Below are positions 30,553 to 40,725 of a stretch of DNA of 64,000 nucleotides, one piece after another; the stretch's first letter is position 1; each line of letters opens with the position of its first letter. The position numbers and the translations under genes were made by a program. Origin of the DNA: an uncultured archaeon (GTDB lineage: Archaea > Asgardarchaeota > Lokiarchaeia > Sigyniarchaeales > SOKP01). Location: the NCBI GenBank assembly GCA_964508365.1, contig CAZDTP010000005.1:38530-102529 (forward strand), written 5' to 3'. The notes under the pieces are model-generated. The model was given only the letters and a program-made list of their open reading frames with translations. It was not told the DNA's origin and ran no database searches.

Positions 30553-30975
30553 TTATTCAACAATTCTTGAGATCCTGGATAACGGATGCCCCTTAGCTTT
30601 CATTTCTAACTCATTAAACCATCCAAAAGGAAGGCGGAGCACTGAATAATCCTTTAATTTTAGATTCGATTCGATTTTTTTAAAAGACATGAAGGCAAAT
30701 TCTAAAGTGCTAAGTTGGCCAAAAAGATGAGCAAACGGCACAATTACAATATTTGATATTTTTAGTTGTGCTGTAATTTTTTCAATTTCAACAATCCCTT
30801 TTTCTAAAAACTCTGGATTTTCTTCGTCTCGTTTTTCTGTACTAATAAATAGAACTAAAGCATTTTTGATTTGAGCTTCTCTATTATTTTCCGTAATTTC
30901 TTCAATAATCTTTGACCGACCTTTCTTGGTTACTTTATATCGGAAATAATCAACATGAAACGATAAAAATCTCAT
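30553..30975 (-). CDS. Free-standing archaeal-type threonyl-tRNA synthetase editing domain (tRNA-Thr-ED / DTD-like fold)
   Basis: 140 aa. MRFLSFHVDYFRYKV ... ALVLFISTEKRDEENPE ... IVIVPFAHLFGQLS ... LPFGWFNELEMKAKGHPLSRISRIV is colinear with the N-terminal editing domain of euryarchaeal ThrRS as I recall it (MRxLLIHSDYxEYEV ... FAHLS ... KGHPLSELSR). No catalytic or anticodon-binding domain follows. Confidence 0.7.
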   Translation of the reverse strand: MRFLSFHVDYFRYKVTKKGRSKIIEEITENNREAQIKNALVLFISTEKRDEENPEFLEKGIVEIEKITAQLKISNIVIVPFAHLFGQLSTLEFAFMSFKKIESNLKLKDYSVLRLPFGWFNELEMKAKGHPLSRISRIVE

Positions 30976-31014
30976 CTTTCTTCTAAACTTTTTATATTTG
31001 AATGTTACTTTAAT

Positions 31015-31335
31015 TTATTCAGATAAATTGGATCCACAAAACGGGCAAAATTTAATATCTTCTTCGATTTTTTCGCCACAATACTTACATTTAGCGCTCA
31101 ACTTTTCTGTAGTCAAAACTCCTTGCTCTATCTTTACATTGGTAGTCCTAGTATTATCAGAGCCCAATTTCGGCACTTTAAATGTCGTTTTTGTGTCATG
31201 ATCTACATTGCTATGGAGAAGTTTGTAAACGACAATAATTATAATGATGAAAACAATAATTACAACAACAAATATCAGAACAAAAATACTAGTTATAAAC
31301 CCAAAAATGTCAAACGGGAAGGAATTTTGCGGCAT
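31015..31335 (-). CDS. Single-pass membrane protein with a C-terminal zinc ribbon
   Basis: 106 aa. N-terminal TM (ITSIFVLIFVVVIIVFIIIIIVV) and C-terminal CKYCGEKIEEDIKFCPFCG. Confidence 0.55.
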   Translation of the reverse strand: MPQNSFPFDIFGFITSIFVLIFVVVIIVFIIIIIVVYKLLHSNVDHDTKTTFKVPKLGSDNTRTTNVKIEQGVLTTEKLSAKCKYCGEKIEEDIKFCPFCGSNLSE

Positions 31336-31552
31336 CTTTATTCTATCAATATGATTTAAATTTTATGCATATTAAACAAATTCAACTTAATAAAACTATG
31401 CCTAGACGAGTTTTTCATTGGAGTAAAATAATATATCCGAACCTAGATATAAAAAAGTTCGTATCTATTCCCTAGTTTTAGTTTTACCATTAAATACATT
31501 TAAATATCCCATCTTTCTATATATCCCATAAATTTAAAATTTTAAATAGAGA

Positions 31553-32335
31553 ATGAAAATGATATTTCAAGGATTTGATCTGTTATTTATAATATTGCCT
31601 ATTGTAATCGTTCTTTTAATTTTTTTGGCATGCTTTCTACTTGCAGGGATAAAGGTAATATTGGAATATGAACGGCTTATAATATTCCGTCTTGGTAAAT
31701 ATAAGCGAACTATAGGACCAGGTGTTGTATATGTACTCCCAATCCTCGAAAAGTCTAGAAAAGTCGATTTGAGAATTGTAACCGCTGACATTCCTCGGCA
31801 AGAAGTCATTACGAGGGATAACATACCCGTTTTGGCGAATACAGTAGTTTACTTCAAGGTAGAAAAACCATCGGATGCAATCATCAAAATAGAGAACTAT
31901 GCTTTTGCCGTTAGACAATACACACAGGCGGCTTTAAGAGATGTTGTCGGTAATATGGAATTAGATAGTGTTTTAACTGAAAGGGATAAAATTGCTGCCG
32001 ACATTAGAAAGATTGTTGATCAAGAAACTAACGAATGGGGTATTGATATAAAAGCCATAAAGATACAAGAAATAGAATTACCTGCTGAAATGAAAAGAGC
32101 AATGGCTAAACAAGCAGAGGCAGAACGGGAAAAACGGGCAGCAATTATTGCTAGTGAAGGTGAGCTTGCGTCAGCAAGAAACCTAGCGGAAGCAGCCACG
32201 ATGATGTCATCTCAACCTGGGGCTTTACAACTTAGAACTCTTCAAACTATTAGAGATATTTCTCAAGATCCTTCTGAAAAGATAGTTATATTCATGCCGT
32301 CTGATATAGGTAATATTCTTAAGAAATTTACGTGA
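31553..32335 (+). CDS. SPFH/band-7 (stomatin-like) protein
   Basis: 260 aa. N-terminal TM, then EYERLIIFRLGKY ... the PHB core ... a coiled-coil AEREKRAAIIASEGE. Confidence 0.9.
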   Translation: MKMIFQGFDLLFIILPIVIVLLIFLACFLLAGIKVILEYERLIIFRLGKYKRTIGPGVVYVLPILEKSRKVDLRIVTADIPRQEVITRDNIPVLANTVVYFKVEKPSDAIIKIENYAFAVRQYTQAALRDVVGNMELDSVLTERDKIAADIRKIVDQETNEWGIDIKAIKIQEIELPAEMKRAMAKQAEAEREKRAAIIASEGELASARNLAEAATMMSSQPGALQLRTLQTIRDISQDPSEKIVIFMPSDIGNILKKFT

Positions 32336-32336
32336 T

Positions 32337-33023
32337 ATGGAGGGTTCAAGGATGAGTAGAACTTTCTTAGATAATCAAAGATACGTACAAATAGCTTTCA
32401 ATCATACAGCGGCAGATGTTTTAAGAATTTTACCCAAGATACCCTACGATCCTCGCTTAATTATCGAAGCTGGTACGCCATTCATTAAAAGAGAAGGAAT
32501 TGCAGGGATAAGGTTGATTCGAAGACTTTGGCGAGGATTGCTTGTTGCGGATTTAAAAGTTACAGATGGAGCATACGAGGAAGTAGGATTCGCATATAGC
32601 GTCGGAGCTAATGCAGTTACTGCCGCGGGAACGGCCCCAACGGAAACTCTGGATTTCTTTAACGAAATTTGTGAAAAATATGGATTAATTTCTATGATTG
32701 ATATGCTTGGTCAAGAAAATCCTTTACGTAAATTGCTCCCGTTAAAATTTAAACCTAAAGCAGTGGTAATTCATAAGGGTAGAGACGAAGAAATCAATCC
32801 ACGAAGTATTATCAGATTTAAAGATATAAATAAGGTCCGATCAAAATACGGCGTTTTAATATCTGTGGCGGGTGGTTTAGATCACGATTCGGTAAGAAAA
32901 GCTTATTTCAATGGAGCAGATATAGCAATTTTAAATATTGTTAAACCCTCAGATGAGAACAAAGGATTAATAGATACCGTGAATTTTCGATCACTGATTC
33001 CCTCAATCCTAAAAGAAGTTTAA
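32337..33023 (+). CDS. OMP-decarboxylase-superfamily protein, 3-hexulose-6-phosphate synthase-like
   Basis: 228 aa. IEAGTPFIKREGI ... VADLKVTDG resembles the HPS/KGPDC signature (ADLKTMD). The likely real start is the ATG at 32352, 7 nt after GGAGGG. The ORF starts 1 nt after the stomatin stop. Confidence 0.55.
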   Translation: MEGSRMSRTFLDNQRYVQIAFNHTAADVLRILPKIPYDPRLIIEAGTPFIKREGIAGIRLIRRLWRGLLVADLKVTDGAYEEVGFAYSVGANAVTAAGTAPTETLDFFNEICEKYGLISMIDMLGQENPLRKLLPLKFKPKAVVIHKGRDEEINPRSIIRFKDINKVRSKYGVLISVAGGLDHDSVRKAYFNGADIAILNIVKPSDENKGLIDTVNFRSLIPSILKEV

Positions 33024-33058
33024 TAAAGTAATTTAATTACTTATTTTTTTATTTATCT

Positions 33059-33226
33059 CTATTCTATTCTAATCGTATTTTTACAATCTTTACAGAATAA
33101 TTCTAAGTAATTATGAGATTCCTTTAAGAATAACTTATGTCGTTTTATATCGCAACCATAACATTTTCTCTTTCTATAAAAGAAATTGGGGGTAAAAAAG
33201 TTATTAGATTCTTTTATTCTACTCAT
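33059..33226 (-). CDS. Candidate 55-aa zinc-ribbon mini-protein (below the ORF-track length cutoff)
   Basis: Hand translation gives MSRIKESNNFFTPNFFYRKRKCYGCDIKRHKLFLKESHNYLELFCKDCKNTIRIE*, with CxxC-x20-CxxC. It sits in an otherwise empty 330-nt gap. Confidence 0.35.
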   Translation of the reverse strand: MSRIKESNNFFTPNFFYRKRKCYGCDIKRHKLFLKESHNYLELFCKDCKNTIRIE

Positions 33227-33357
33227 GAAGAGGAAAGATCAAGATTTTTATTTAAATCCCGCCTCGGTAACGATTTCTCGTTTTTAAAATATAATAACTA
33301 AAATTTTTGTTTTATTTTTCCTTATTAAAACCTCAGAATCTTTCTTTGGTATTTTGA

Positions 33358-34980
33358 TTAATATTCTTCTTTTTTAGCATAATTCACTTTGAATAGATCA
33401 AGCCATGGAACGAATGAAGTTAACCGTTTCTGAAAAGATTCAAAATTTTTCTTGTTTTTTAGCGACCATCCCGTTTCTGCAACAGCAATTAAGCGAGGAA
33501 ATGTTTCCCAATCTAAAATTTCCTTAGTTGGTACAAATTCAGTCCATAAACAGGCTTCAAGACCCAATATATTCTTATGAAATTTTTCTTCTAAATTGCT
33601 TGGGATGGGATCATAGTTATATGTTTGATGGAGTGGAATTAATTTATAAGGATAATCAAAATAAAGAGTTTTCATTTCCGACATCACAACTTCTCTCCCT
33701 CTGCGTACATGATCTAGCACCTCATTAAAATTATTTATCCAATATTGACACAAAGCGCTACTAATAAGATCATCGTTAAGAATATCGTTCCAAACTATTA
33801 TCCTTCGACCTTTAGATGCTAAATATCTAGCAATTCTATTTGTAAAATATGATTGTAAATTCGCAACAGTGTTAAGCCCTTCAGTTTGAATAAGAGCTTG
33901 ACATTTAGGACATTCTTTCCATCTCATTGTAGGAACTTCATCTCCACCTACATGGATTATCTTAGAAGGAAAGATATTAACAATTTCGTCTAAAACATTT
34001 TCTAAAAACTCAAAAATTTCGCTGTTACCAACGCAGAGGACATCTCTATGAACGCGAAACCGGGTGCTTACTTCAAAAGGACCTCCAGTACAACTTAGAT
34101 GGGGATAAGAAGCTAAAATAGCAGTTGTATGACCGGGAATATCAATCTCGGGAATAATGGAAATATGGCGTTCAGTAGCATAGCATATTATCTCTTTTAA
34201 TTCTTTTTGAGTATAATATCCCATTACTGGTATTCCATCAATAGGAATTTTCTGTTTTTCAGAGCAAAGGAGTGCTTTTTGCCTAGCTGTAATAGTTCCT
34301 TCTCTCTTTGAACCAATTTCAGTAAGTAAAGGATATTTTTTTACTTCAAAGCGCCAACCTTGGTCATCTGTAAGATGCCAGTGAAATTTATTTAACTTTA
34401 AAAATGCCATTAAATCGAGGATATACTTTATAACTTTTTTTCCAAAAAAGTGACGAGATTCATCTAACATAAATCCTCGCCACTGGAATCGAGGATAATC
34501 CTCAATTACGACACACGGAATAGAGAATTCCAAATTTAAGTTTTTTTTTCCATTTAATTCAAGTGGAATTAACTGTCGCATTGTCTGGATACCGTAATAT
34601 ACCCCATTAGGTGTAGAAGCCATTATCTTAATATGATCTTGTGAAACTATTAAATCGTATCCTTCTTGGTTTAGCTGTTTTTCGTTATTAATTAGTTTAA
34701 GAATAATTACGTTATTATTTTCCTTAGTTTGCAAATCTTCCTTTATAACAATATTTAATCCGAATGTGGACAATAAAATATCCTTCAATTGCTCGGCAGT
34801 TTCTTTTAAATTTAGATCTGTCAAAATTATTGTTTGTTCGTTTAGAGTAAATACCCCCTCTTTTGAAGAGATATTAACAGGCTTCGGGATTATTTTCAGA
34901 TATTCTTCAATCATAATATTAACTTCCGTTCTTAAATTTAATAGGAATAGATAAAATGGTTGATCGTAAGAAATTCTCAT
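33358..34980 (-). CDS. Glycoside hydrolase family 20 beta-N-acetylhexosaminidase
   Basis: 540-aa ORF. GH20 catalytic-domain signatures (RGFMLDESRHF, HWHLTDDQGWR, HVGGDEV). The likely true start is the Met at 34914 (MIEEYLKIIPKP). Confidence 0.85.
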   Translation of the reverse strand: MRISYDQPFYLFLLNLRTEVNIMIEEYLKIIPKPVNISSKEGVFTLNEQTIILTDLNLKETAEQLKDILLSTFGLNIVIKEDLQTKENNNVIILKLINNEKQLNQEGYDLIVSQDHIKIMASTPNGVYYGIQTMRQLIPLELNGKKNLNLEFSIPCVVIEDYPRFQWRGFMLDESRHFFGKKVIKYILDLMAFLKLNKFHWHLTDDQGWRFEVKKYPLLTEIGSKREGTITARQKALLCSEKQKIPIDGIPVMGYYTQKELKEIICYATERHISIIPEIDIPGHTTAILASYPHLSCTGGPFEVSTRFRVHRDVLCVGNSEIFEFLENVLDEIVNIFPSKIIHVGGDEVPTMRWKECPKCQALIQTEGLNTVANLQSYFTNRIARYLASKGRRIIVWNDILNDDLISSALCQYWINNFNEVLDHVRRGREVVMSEMKTLYFDYPYKLIPLHQTYNYDPIPSNLEEKFHKNILGLEACLWTEFVPTKEILDWETFPRLIAVAETGWSLKNKKNFESFQKRLTSFVPWLDLFKVNYAKKEEY

Positions 34981-35435
34981 TCGAATAAAAATATTGTTTA
35001 TTAAGAGAATATGTATTGAACCAAGAAATCTTAAAATTAGTTCATACTATTTTGATCACCATGACCGATAAGTTACTTTTTGTTGAATTCTTAGAAAAAG
35101 AGAGGAAAAAGAAAGAGGAGTTAGAGGAAATAAAAGAGTTAAAGGATTTAGAGACTCCTTAAGAGAAATCGACGAACAAATTTCAAAAAATGAAAGTAGC
35201 GATTAAAAAAGACAGATAAAAATAGGTAAAAATCGTAGGGAGAATGAGCTAGTAATAGTTAACGGGAAATAAATAGTTGTTGAAAGCAAAACCCTTAATC
35301 TTATAGATTTTGGGATTATTATCTGAGTTCTTATAATTTATTTTTAATAATTACCTTATTTTTAAAATAGAAGTTAATCACTAACGCTATCCCCTTAGGT
35401 TATACAAGGATAATTCAATCAATCTCAATCCATTA

Positions 35436-36113
35436 CTATAACTTTGATTTATTCTTTCTTTTAGTTCTTATTAGCGAAAATATTCCGTAAATTAACATTA
35501 TTATTAATAAAATTAGTACTGGGAACATATCAATAATGAATGATGAATAAAATGAATCTGTAACAACTGGAACTAAACCACATATAAATAAAGAAATAAT
35601 ATAAACTATTGAAATAAAAAAAGTTGTTAATAGAACAACACCAAGAATTCTTTCGTTCTTAGCATTTACTATACCTTTTTTAGTATAAAATAAATTAAGC
35701 TCCTTATTCCCTATAAGAGCAAAAAATGCGCTAAAGATAAATCCCCAAATCGATAACCGCATAACAACTAACCCGGAAAATTCATAAAATTGACTTACCA
35801 TTAGTTGTATAACTGCAATTATATAAATTCGATTTTTATCGTATTGATTACCAAGTTTAGCATTACGCAACTGAACAAAATATACCCTTAATAAAACAAT
35901 AGCACTAATTAACAAGAAAAGTTCAAGAAAATTGAAAACGAATTTTGGTTCCCCAACTGGATTACGAGGTATAAGGATATAAAATCCATAAACCCAATGA
36001 ATCATATCACCAATATCATATCCTATAGCATGAGTTACATGAGTAGGGAAAATAAATCCACACAACGAACAACCAAGCGATAAATAAAAGTATATACTAA
36101 TTTTCCAAGGCAT
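35436..36113 (-). CDS. Polytopic membrane protein, unknown function
   Basis: 225 aa with about 6 hydrophobic helices and a basic C-terminal tail (RTKRKNKSKL). Confidence 0.5.
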   Translation of the reverse strand: MPWKISIYFYLSLGCSLCGFIFPTHVTHAIGYDIGDMIHWVYGFYILIPRNPVGEPKFVFNFLELFLLISAIVLLRVYFVQLRNAKLGNQYDKNRIYIIAVIQLMVSQFYEFSGLVVMRLSIWGFIFSAFFALIGNKELNLFYTKKGIVNAKNERILGVVLLTTFFISIVYIISLFICGLVPVVTDSFYSSFIIDMFPVLILLIIMLIYGIFSLIRTKRKNKSKL

Positions 36114-36490
36114 GTGTTCCTTCTTGTTTTATAAGTTGTGTAAAATTCTCTAATAATACATTGGTTTTTGTCAATTTAAATATATTTCTCATTTCTAGAG
36201 TAGACTCTTCAAGAAATTTTTTAGTAATACGCTATTAAATTCTCAGTTTTTTGTCGGTACGCGTTTTTTTGTGGTTAAAAATTTTTTAGCGCAAAACAAT
36301 AAGTTTATAAGCAAGAAGAGCTAATTCTAAACAAAAAATGAAAATCTCGAACATAAAATGAACAAATTTTAAGAAAAATAACGAGACAAAAGACTTAAAA
36401 GGCTACAAACCTTACTAAATTTAAAATATTTTCATTTGAGGGAAAAGATTCCCATAAAAAAATTAAAAAAAAATTGGATGTGAATTATGA

Positions 36491-36745
36491 ATGATGTTGG
36501 AAGAAATAGAAAAAAGCCCTGAGGCTGCAATAATTGCAGTAAACGAAGTATTTAAGACATACGAGCTAATGTGTTTGGATAAGTTAAAGGAAATTGGAAG
36601 ATCAACAGCTCGAGAATGGTCTTTCGCAATGGGCTACACACATCGTTCTTCACTTGCGAAAATCATACGAAGAATCACAGAGAGATACCCTGAGATGATT
36701 AAAATCTATGATAACCAGTTTCCTCGACTTTACGAAGCAATATAA
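36491..36745 (+). CDS. Small putative winged-helix DNA-binding protein
   Basis: 84 aa. GRSTAREWSFAMGYTHRSSLAKIIRRI looks like the helix-turn-helix of a wHTH. GGATGTGA lies upstream of the ATG. Confidence 0.4.
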   Translation: MMLEEIEKSPEAAIIAVNEVFKTYELMCLDKLKEIGRSTAREWSFAMGYTHRSSLAKIIRRITERYPEMIKIYDNQFPRLYEAI

Positions 36746-36865
36746 TGTTCACTAAAGAAATGTAAGCTGAGATGTCTTTCTGGAACTTTTTCACGCATTT
36801 GATTTCGCACAAATTAGAAATTCAATTTTTTTATAAATATGAAGATCAATTAAAGTGGTTGAAAA

Positions 36866-37093
36866 ATGATAATAAAGTGTAAAGATTGTGGAATAGAGTA
36901 CTCATATAGCCGAAATATTTGTCATATGTGTGGAGGTAATACATTATTCTTTGGTGCAATTTTTGAAGAGGAATTATCAGAACGCAATTGGAACTGTGTT
37001 TCAAGTGCTCAATGTATTGAGATTTTATTAGAAAAACATGAATTACCTGAATCAATTATTGAAGTATTTCCTGAAAATAGGAGGGAGCTGTGA
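36866..37093 (+). CDS. Zinc-ribbon protein, likely co-transcribed with the downstream FMN enzyme
   Basis: 75 aa. MIIKCKDCGIEYSYSRNICHMCG. The stop lies 6 nt before the next start. Preferred over the antisense ORF 36846-37055. Confidence 0.5.
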   Translation: MIIKCKDCGIEYSYSRNICHMCGGNTLFFGAIFEEELSERNWNCVSSAQCIEILLEKHELPESIIEVFPENRREL

Positions 37094-37099
37094 TATAGA

Positions 37100-38749
37100 A
37101 TGACAAAATTTTCTATGACAACACACCAGACAAGCATGATTGGTTCAAGGACAAGGGTTGAAGATTCTTGCGAGTCTGGATTATGTCCAATATGCATTGC
37201 AGATTGTCCTGTGTTCTGCGAAGTTTCGAAATCAGCATTAAGAGGTCGCGAAGCGTTATATCCTCGAAGAGAATATTTTGGAAACTCAACTGCGGGAACA
37301 CCAAAAGATTTTGGGTTAGCCTATGGTGATTTCCAAATTCAATTTGAAGTGCGAGGCGCTCAAGGGATCGAAGCTCATGAAGACAAGGTGATTTTTCCAA
37401 ATGTGGATATGACGATGCGTTGGGGTAACATACAGCAAAAATTACCTATCGTGATTGCTGGACTTGGCAGTACGTACGTAGCTAAACGAAATTGGGAAGG
37501 TTTAGCAATTGGCGCTGCTTTAGCAGGTGTAAGTCTTACAATTGGAGAAAATGTAGTTGGAATGGATCAATTTGCTCAATTCGCAAATCACAGCGTTTAT
37601 CCCAAAGTAACTGATACAGATGATATGAAATTTCGTGTTAACACCTATCGAGATTTTTGGGATGGAAAGCATGGTGATATTATTGTACAGAAAAATGTTG
37701 AAGACACTAGGCTTGGAGTATTCGATTATGTAATGTCAAAATTGGATATAGAATCACTTGAGTTGAAATTCGGTCAAGGAGCAAAAGCAATCGGTGGGGA
37801 AGTAAGGTTATCATCTTTAGAAAGAGCACAATTACTTCAAGAACGAGGCTATTTAGTCTTTCCTGATCCCTCAGATCCAATGGTTGTAGATCAATGGAAC
37901 GCTGGGTTAATACCTGATTTTGAGAGGCATAGCAGAGTAGGATTGTCCACGACTGAAGATGTTTTAGAAGAAATAGATCAAGTTCGCTCATCAGGAGCAA
38001 AAAATATATTTATTAAAACTGGAGCCTATCGTCCAGCGGCAACAGCATGGCTATTAAGGTTAGCAGTGGAAGGAAAGGTAGATGGAATAACATTTGATGG
38101 TGCTGGAGGAGGAACAGGGATGAGTCCAGTGAGTATGATGAATGAAGGGTCAATTCCAACCGTTTATTTAGAAGCTCTTGTAGTTGGATGTTTGGATATG
38201 ATAAAGAAGAAGAACCCTAATGTTAATATTCCAACCGTAGCCATCGCGGGAGGAATCGCAAACGAGACGCAGATGTTCAAAGCTCTTGCCATGGGTGCCC
38301 CCTATGTGAAGTGTATCGCCATGGCAAGAGCTCCGCTTACAGCTGCTATGAAATCTAAGTATGTTGGTGAAATAATATCAAAAGGAATGGTCACTCCAGC
38401 AATGCTGAAGAACTTAGGATTTCCTAGAGATAAGGATCCTTCAAGTTTAAGCCTTAATGAAGCTTTCGTAGAATACGATAAATTGCAGAGGACTTACGAA
38501 GGAAAAGAAATTCCTCCCTCCGCAGTGGGAGTTTATACATATTTTGAAAGTAAGCTCGGTATAGGTCTAAAACAACTATTAGCTGGGGTTAGAAAATTTA
38601 ATTTGGACCTTTTAGATCGTCATGATATCGCTTACATTTCTCAACGAGCTAAAGATGTATGCAATAAATGGGATTTGCAAATTGAGTCTCAAGAGTCTCT
38701 TGATTTTGAATTGGTAAAGAACGAGATATATTCGGGTAACTACGAATAA
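37100..38749 (+). CDS. FMN-binding glutamate-synthase-family protein (GltB domain-2-like) with an N-terminal Cys cluster
   Basis: 549 aa. CPICIADCPVFCE Fe-S-like motif. The TIM-barrel FMN domain has the diagnostic FDGAGGGTGMSP segment and IAGGIANE. Confidence 0.8.
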   Translation: MTKFSMTTHQTSMIGSRTRVEDSCESGLCPICIADCPVFCEVSKSALRGREALYPRREYFGNSTAGTPKDFGLAYGDFQIQFEVRGAQGIEAHEDKVIFPNVDMTMRWGNIQQKLPIVIAGLGSTYVAKRNWEGLAIGAALAGVSLTIGENVVGMDQFAQFANHSVYPKVTDTDDMKFRVNTYRDFWDGKHGDIIVQKNVEDTRLGVFDYVMSKLDIESLELKFGQGAKAIGGEVRLSSLERAQLLQERGYLVFPDPSDPMVVDQWNAGLIPDFERHSRVGLSTTEDVLEEIDQVRSSGAKNIFIKTGAYRPAATAWLLRLAVEGKVDGITFDGAGGGTGMSPVSMMNEGSIPTVYLEALVVGCLDMIKKKNPNVNIPTVAIAGGIANETQMFKALAMGAPYVKCIAMARAPLTAAMKSKYVGEIISKGMVTPAMLKNLGFPRDKDPSSLSLNEAFVEYDKLQRTYEGKEIPPSAVGVYTYFESKLGIGLKQLLAGVRKFNLDLLDRHDIAYISQRAKDVCNKWDLQIESQESLDFELVKNEIYSGNYE

Positions 38750-38846
38750 CTAATTGAGAATTTAATAAAATAACCTAATTCTTTCATACTAATTTTATTT
38801 CTTTTAACTGAAATAATTCAATGATGAGAAAAAAATAATAAAAAAA

Positions 38847-40646
38847 TTAATTCATTGCTTTTTCAAATTCGTTAACAAATGCTTCATATTGGTTTATCCC
38901 TAACTCCCAGAAATCTTTTTTTGTGATATCTAATCCAACTATCTCACCTAAATCTTCTGGAGATAAACTACCGCCAGCCGCCAACAATTTCTTAAATTTA
39001 GGAACAAAGGCTTTACCCTCTTTTTTATAAGTCTGATACAACGCATATACAAAAAGCTGAGCGTAAACATAGGGATAATTATAGAATCGAAAATTCGGGA
39101 AAAAGTAATGCGGTTTCATTGTCCATTCCCAGTCCATCTCTTCGAACCATTCAACAGAATTTCCGTAAATCTTATCTCTTCCAGCGCACCAGTATTTTGA
39201 AATCGTTTTACCATCTAAATTTTCACCATTTTCAATAGCTTTATACAAATCTTGTTCAAACCACACCCTCGCGCTTACTTGAAATACTGCTTGTCCTGCG
39301 TCGTCTAAAACATGTGCTAAAATAGCTAATTTTTCTTCCTTAGAGTTAGCCTTTTCGAGGAGGAGATCTGTCATTAATAACTCTCCAAAAGTGGATGCTG
39401 TTTCTGCAACTGTGTAACCTGGAAATGTGTTAAAGTACGTTTGTTCATCAATCGCTAGATAATTGTGTATAGCGTGGCCAAGTTCATGCATTAATGTAAA
39501 TATTTCAGTCAATTCTCCAGTATAGGTCATGAGAATATAAGAGGATTTCCCTTTAAACCAAGAAGCGCAGTTTGCTCCATTCCGTTTTCCCTCCCGTGGA
39601 CTTGCATCGATATGATTTCGATTAAACATATCACGTACAATCTCTACACATTCTGAATCGAATTTTTCATATGCTTGAATTACTAATTCTATTGCATCAT
39701 CCCAGGAATGCTTTGTATGTGGAACATTAGGCAGTGGAGCTCTGATATCCGCGCAATTTAATTTAGGAAGGTTCAAAACATCAGTTTTAAGTTTTAAATA
39801 TCTACGGTACACACCTACACCCTTCTCAATAGCTTTCATCAAATTATCGATAATCTCTTGCCTTGTATCATTAGCTAAGAGACTATGGTGCATTGGACTA
39901 TCGTACTTGCGCCTTTTAGAATTATTTACCCAATCTCCACATATACTTCTTAATGCTAAAGAAAATACTGTTTCCTCTTTCCCTAGTAAGCCATAAATCG
40001 ATTTATTTGCTGATATTCGGGTCCCTCTATCTGGGTGAGTAAGTAATGCGTTAGCTTCCCCATACGATAATTCTTTATCTTCACCTTCGACATTTACTGT
40101 GAATTTTCTTGTATTCAACCACTTAGACTGCAAGGTACTCCATGCTCTTACTCCATATTGATCCTTTTCAAGAATTAGTTGTTCTTCTAATTCGGTTAGA
40201 TTATGAGGAAACTTTCTTTTAATATTTTCTAAAATATGTTGATACTTCAATAAAATGGGATCATCTACTAAAACTGGATTATCATTGACTAACTTCGCTA
40301 CATCGAGTTCTAAAAAAGCTAAGTCCTTAGATATTTTAGTCGTGAAATCTTCAACTTTGTTTTTTAAAGCTTCACTCTCAGGAACAGTCATTTTTGCACT
40401 ATATAGCCTATTCTGATAGAGGTCAATTTCGCTTATATCGGCTTGAAATTTCTCTTGTCTCTTGAATAAATCTAACAAGTTTTGTGGAGTAAAGCTAGCA
40501 GAAGTAATCTTTCCTTTGTAATCGTTTATAATATTTTCTGTTTCTTTTTTAAGGCTGTTCAATATTTCAGCTATTTTGGGATCATTATGACTTGCAAAGA
40601 TTTCAGTTAAATCCCATGCAATTTCATTTTCGGTCATAATAAACAA
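38847..40646 (-). CDS. pepF: Oligoendopeptidase F (M3B metallopeptidase)
   Basis: 599 aa. Zinc motif HELGHAIH with a downstream Glu (VAETASTFGE). Typical PepF length. Confidence 0.85.
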   Translation of the reverse strand: MFIMTENEIAWDLTEIFASHNDPKIAEILNSLKKETENIINDYKGKITSASFTPQNLLDLFKRQEKFQADISEIDLYQNRLYSAKMTVPESEALKNKVEDFTTKISKDLAFLELDVAKLVNDNPVLVDDPILLKYQHILENIKRKFPHNLTELEEQLILEKDQYGVRAWSTLQSKWLNTRKFTVNVEGEDKELSYGEANALLTHPDRGTRISANKSIYGLLGKEETVFSLALRSICGDWVNNSKRRKYDSPMHHSLLANDTRQEIIDNLMKAIEKGVGVYRRYLKLKTDVLNLPKLNCADIRAPLPNVPHTKHSWDDAIELVIQAYEKFDSECVEIVRDMFNRNHIDASPREGKRNGANCASWFKGKSSYILMTYTGELTEIFTLMHELGHAIHNYLAIDEQTYFNTFPGYTVAETASTFGELLMTDLLLEKANSKEEKLAILAHVLDDAGQAVFQVSARVWFEQDLYKAIENGENLDGKTISKYWCAGRDKIYGNSVEWFEEMDWEWTMKPHYFFPNFRFYNYPYVYAQLFVYALYQTYKKEGKAFVPKFKKLLAAGGSLSPEDLGEIVGLDITKKDFWELGINQYEAFVNEFEKAMN

Positions 40647-40725
40647 AATGTAGGTCGTCTAATAAAAAAATATGTTTTTATACGAGAAAACGAATCTTCA
40701 CAGTGTTTTTAAGATAGGAATGAGG

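Noticed and set aside
38809-38827. AUGAUGA (C-box-like) and CUGA (D-box-like) elements in the spacer after the GltB-like gene, considered as a C/D box sRNA.
   Set aside because: The order and spacing are wrong (CUGA precedes the C-box-like motif, with no downstream D box or terminal stem). Such short motifs are expected by chance.
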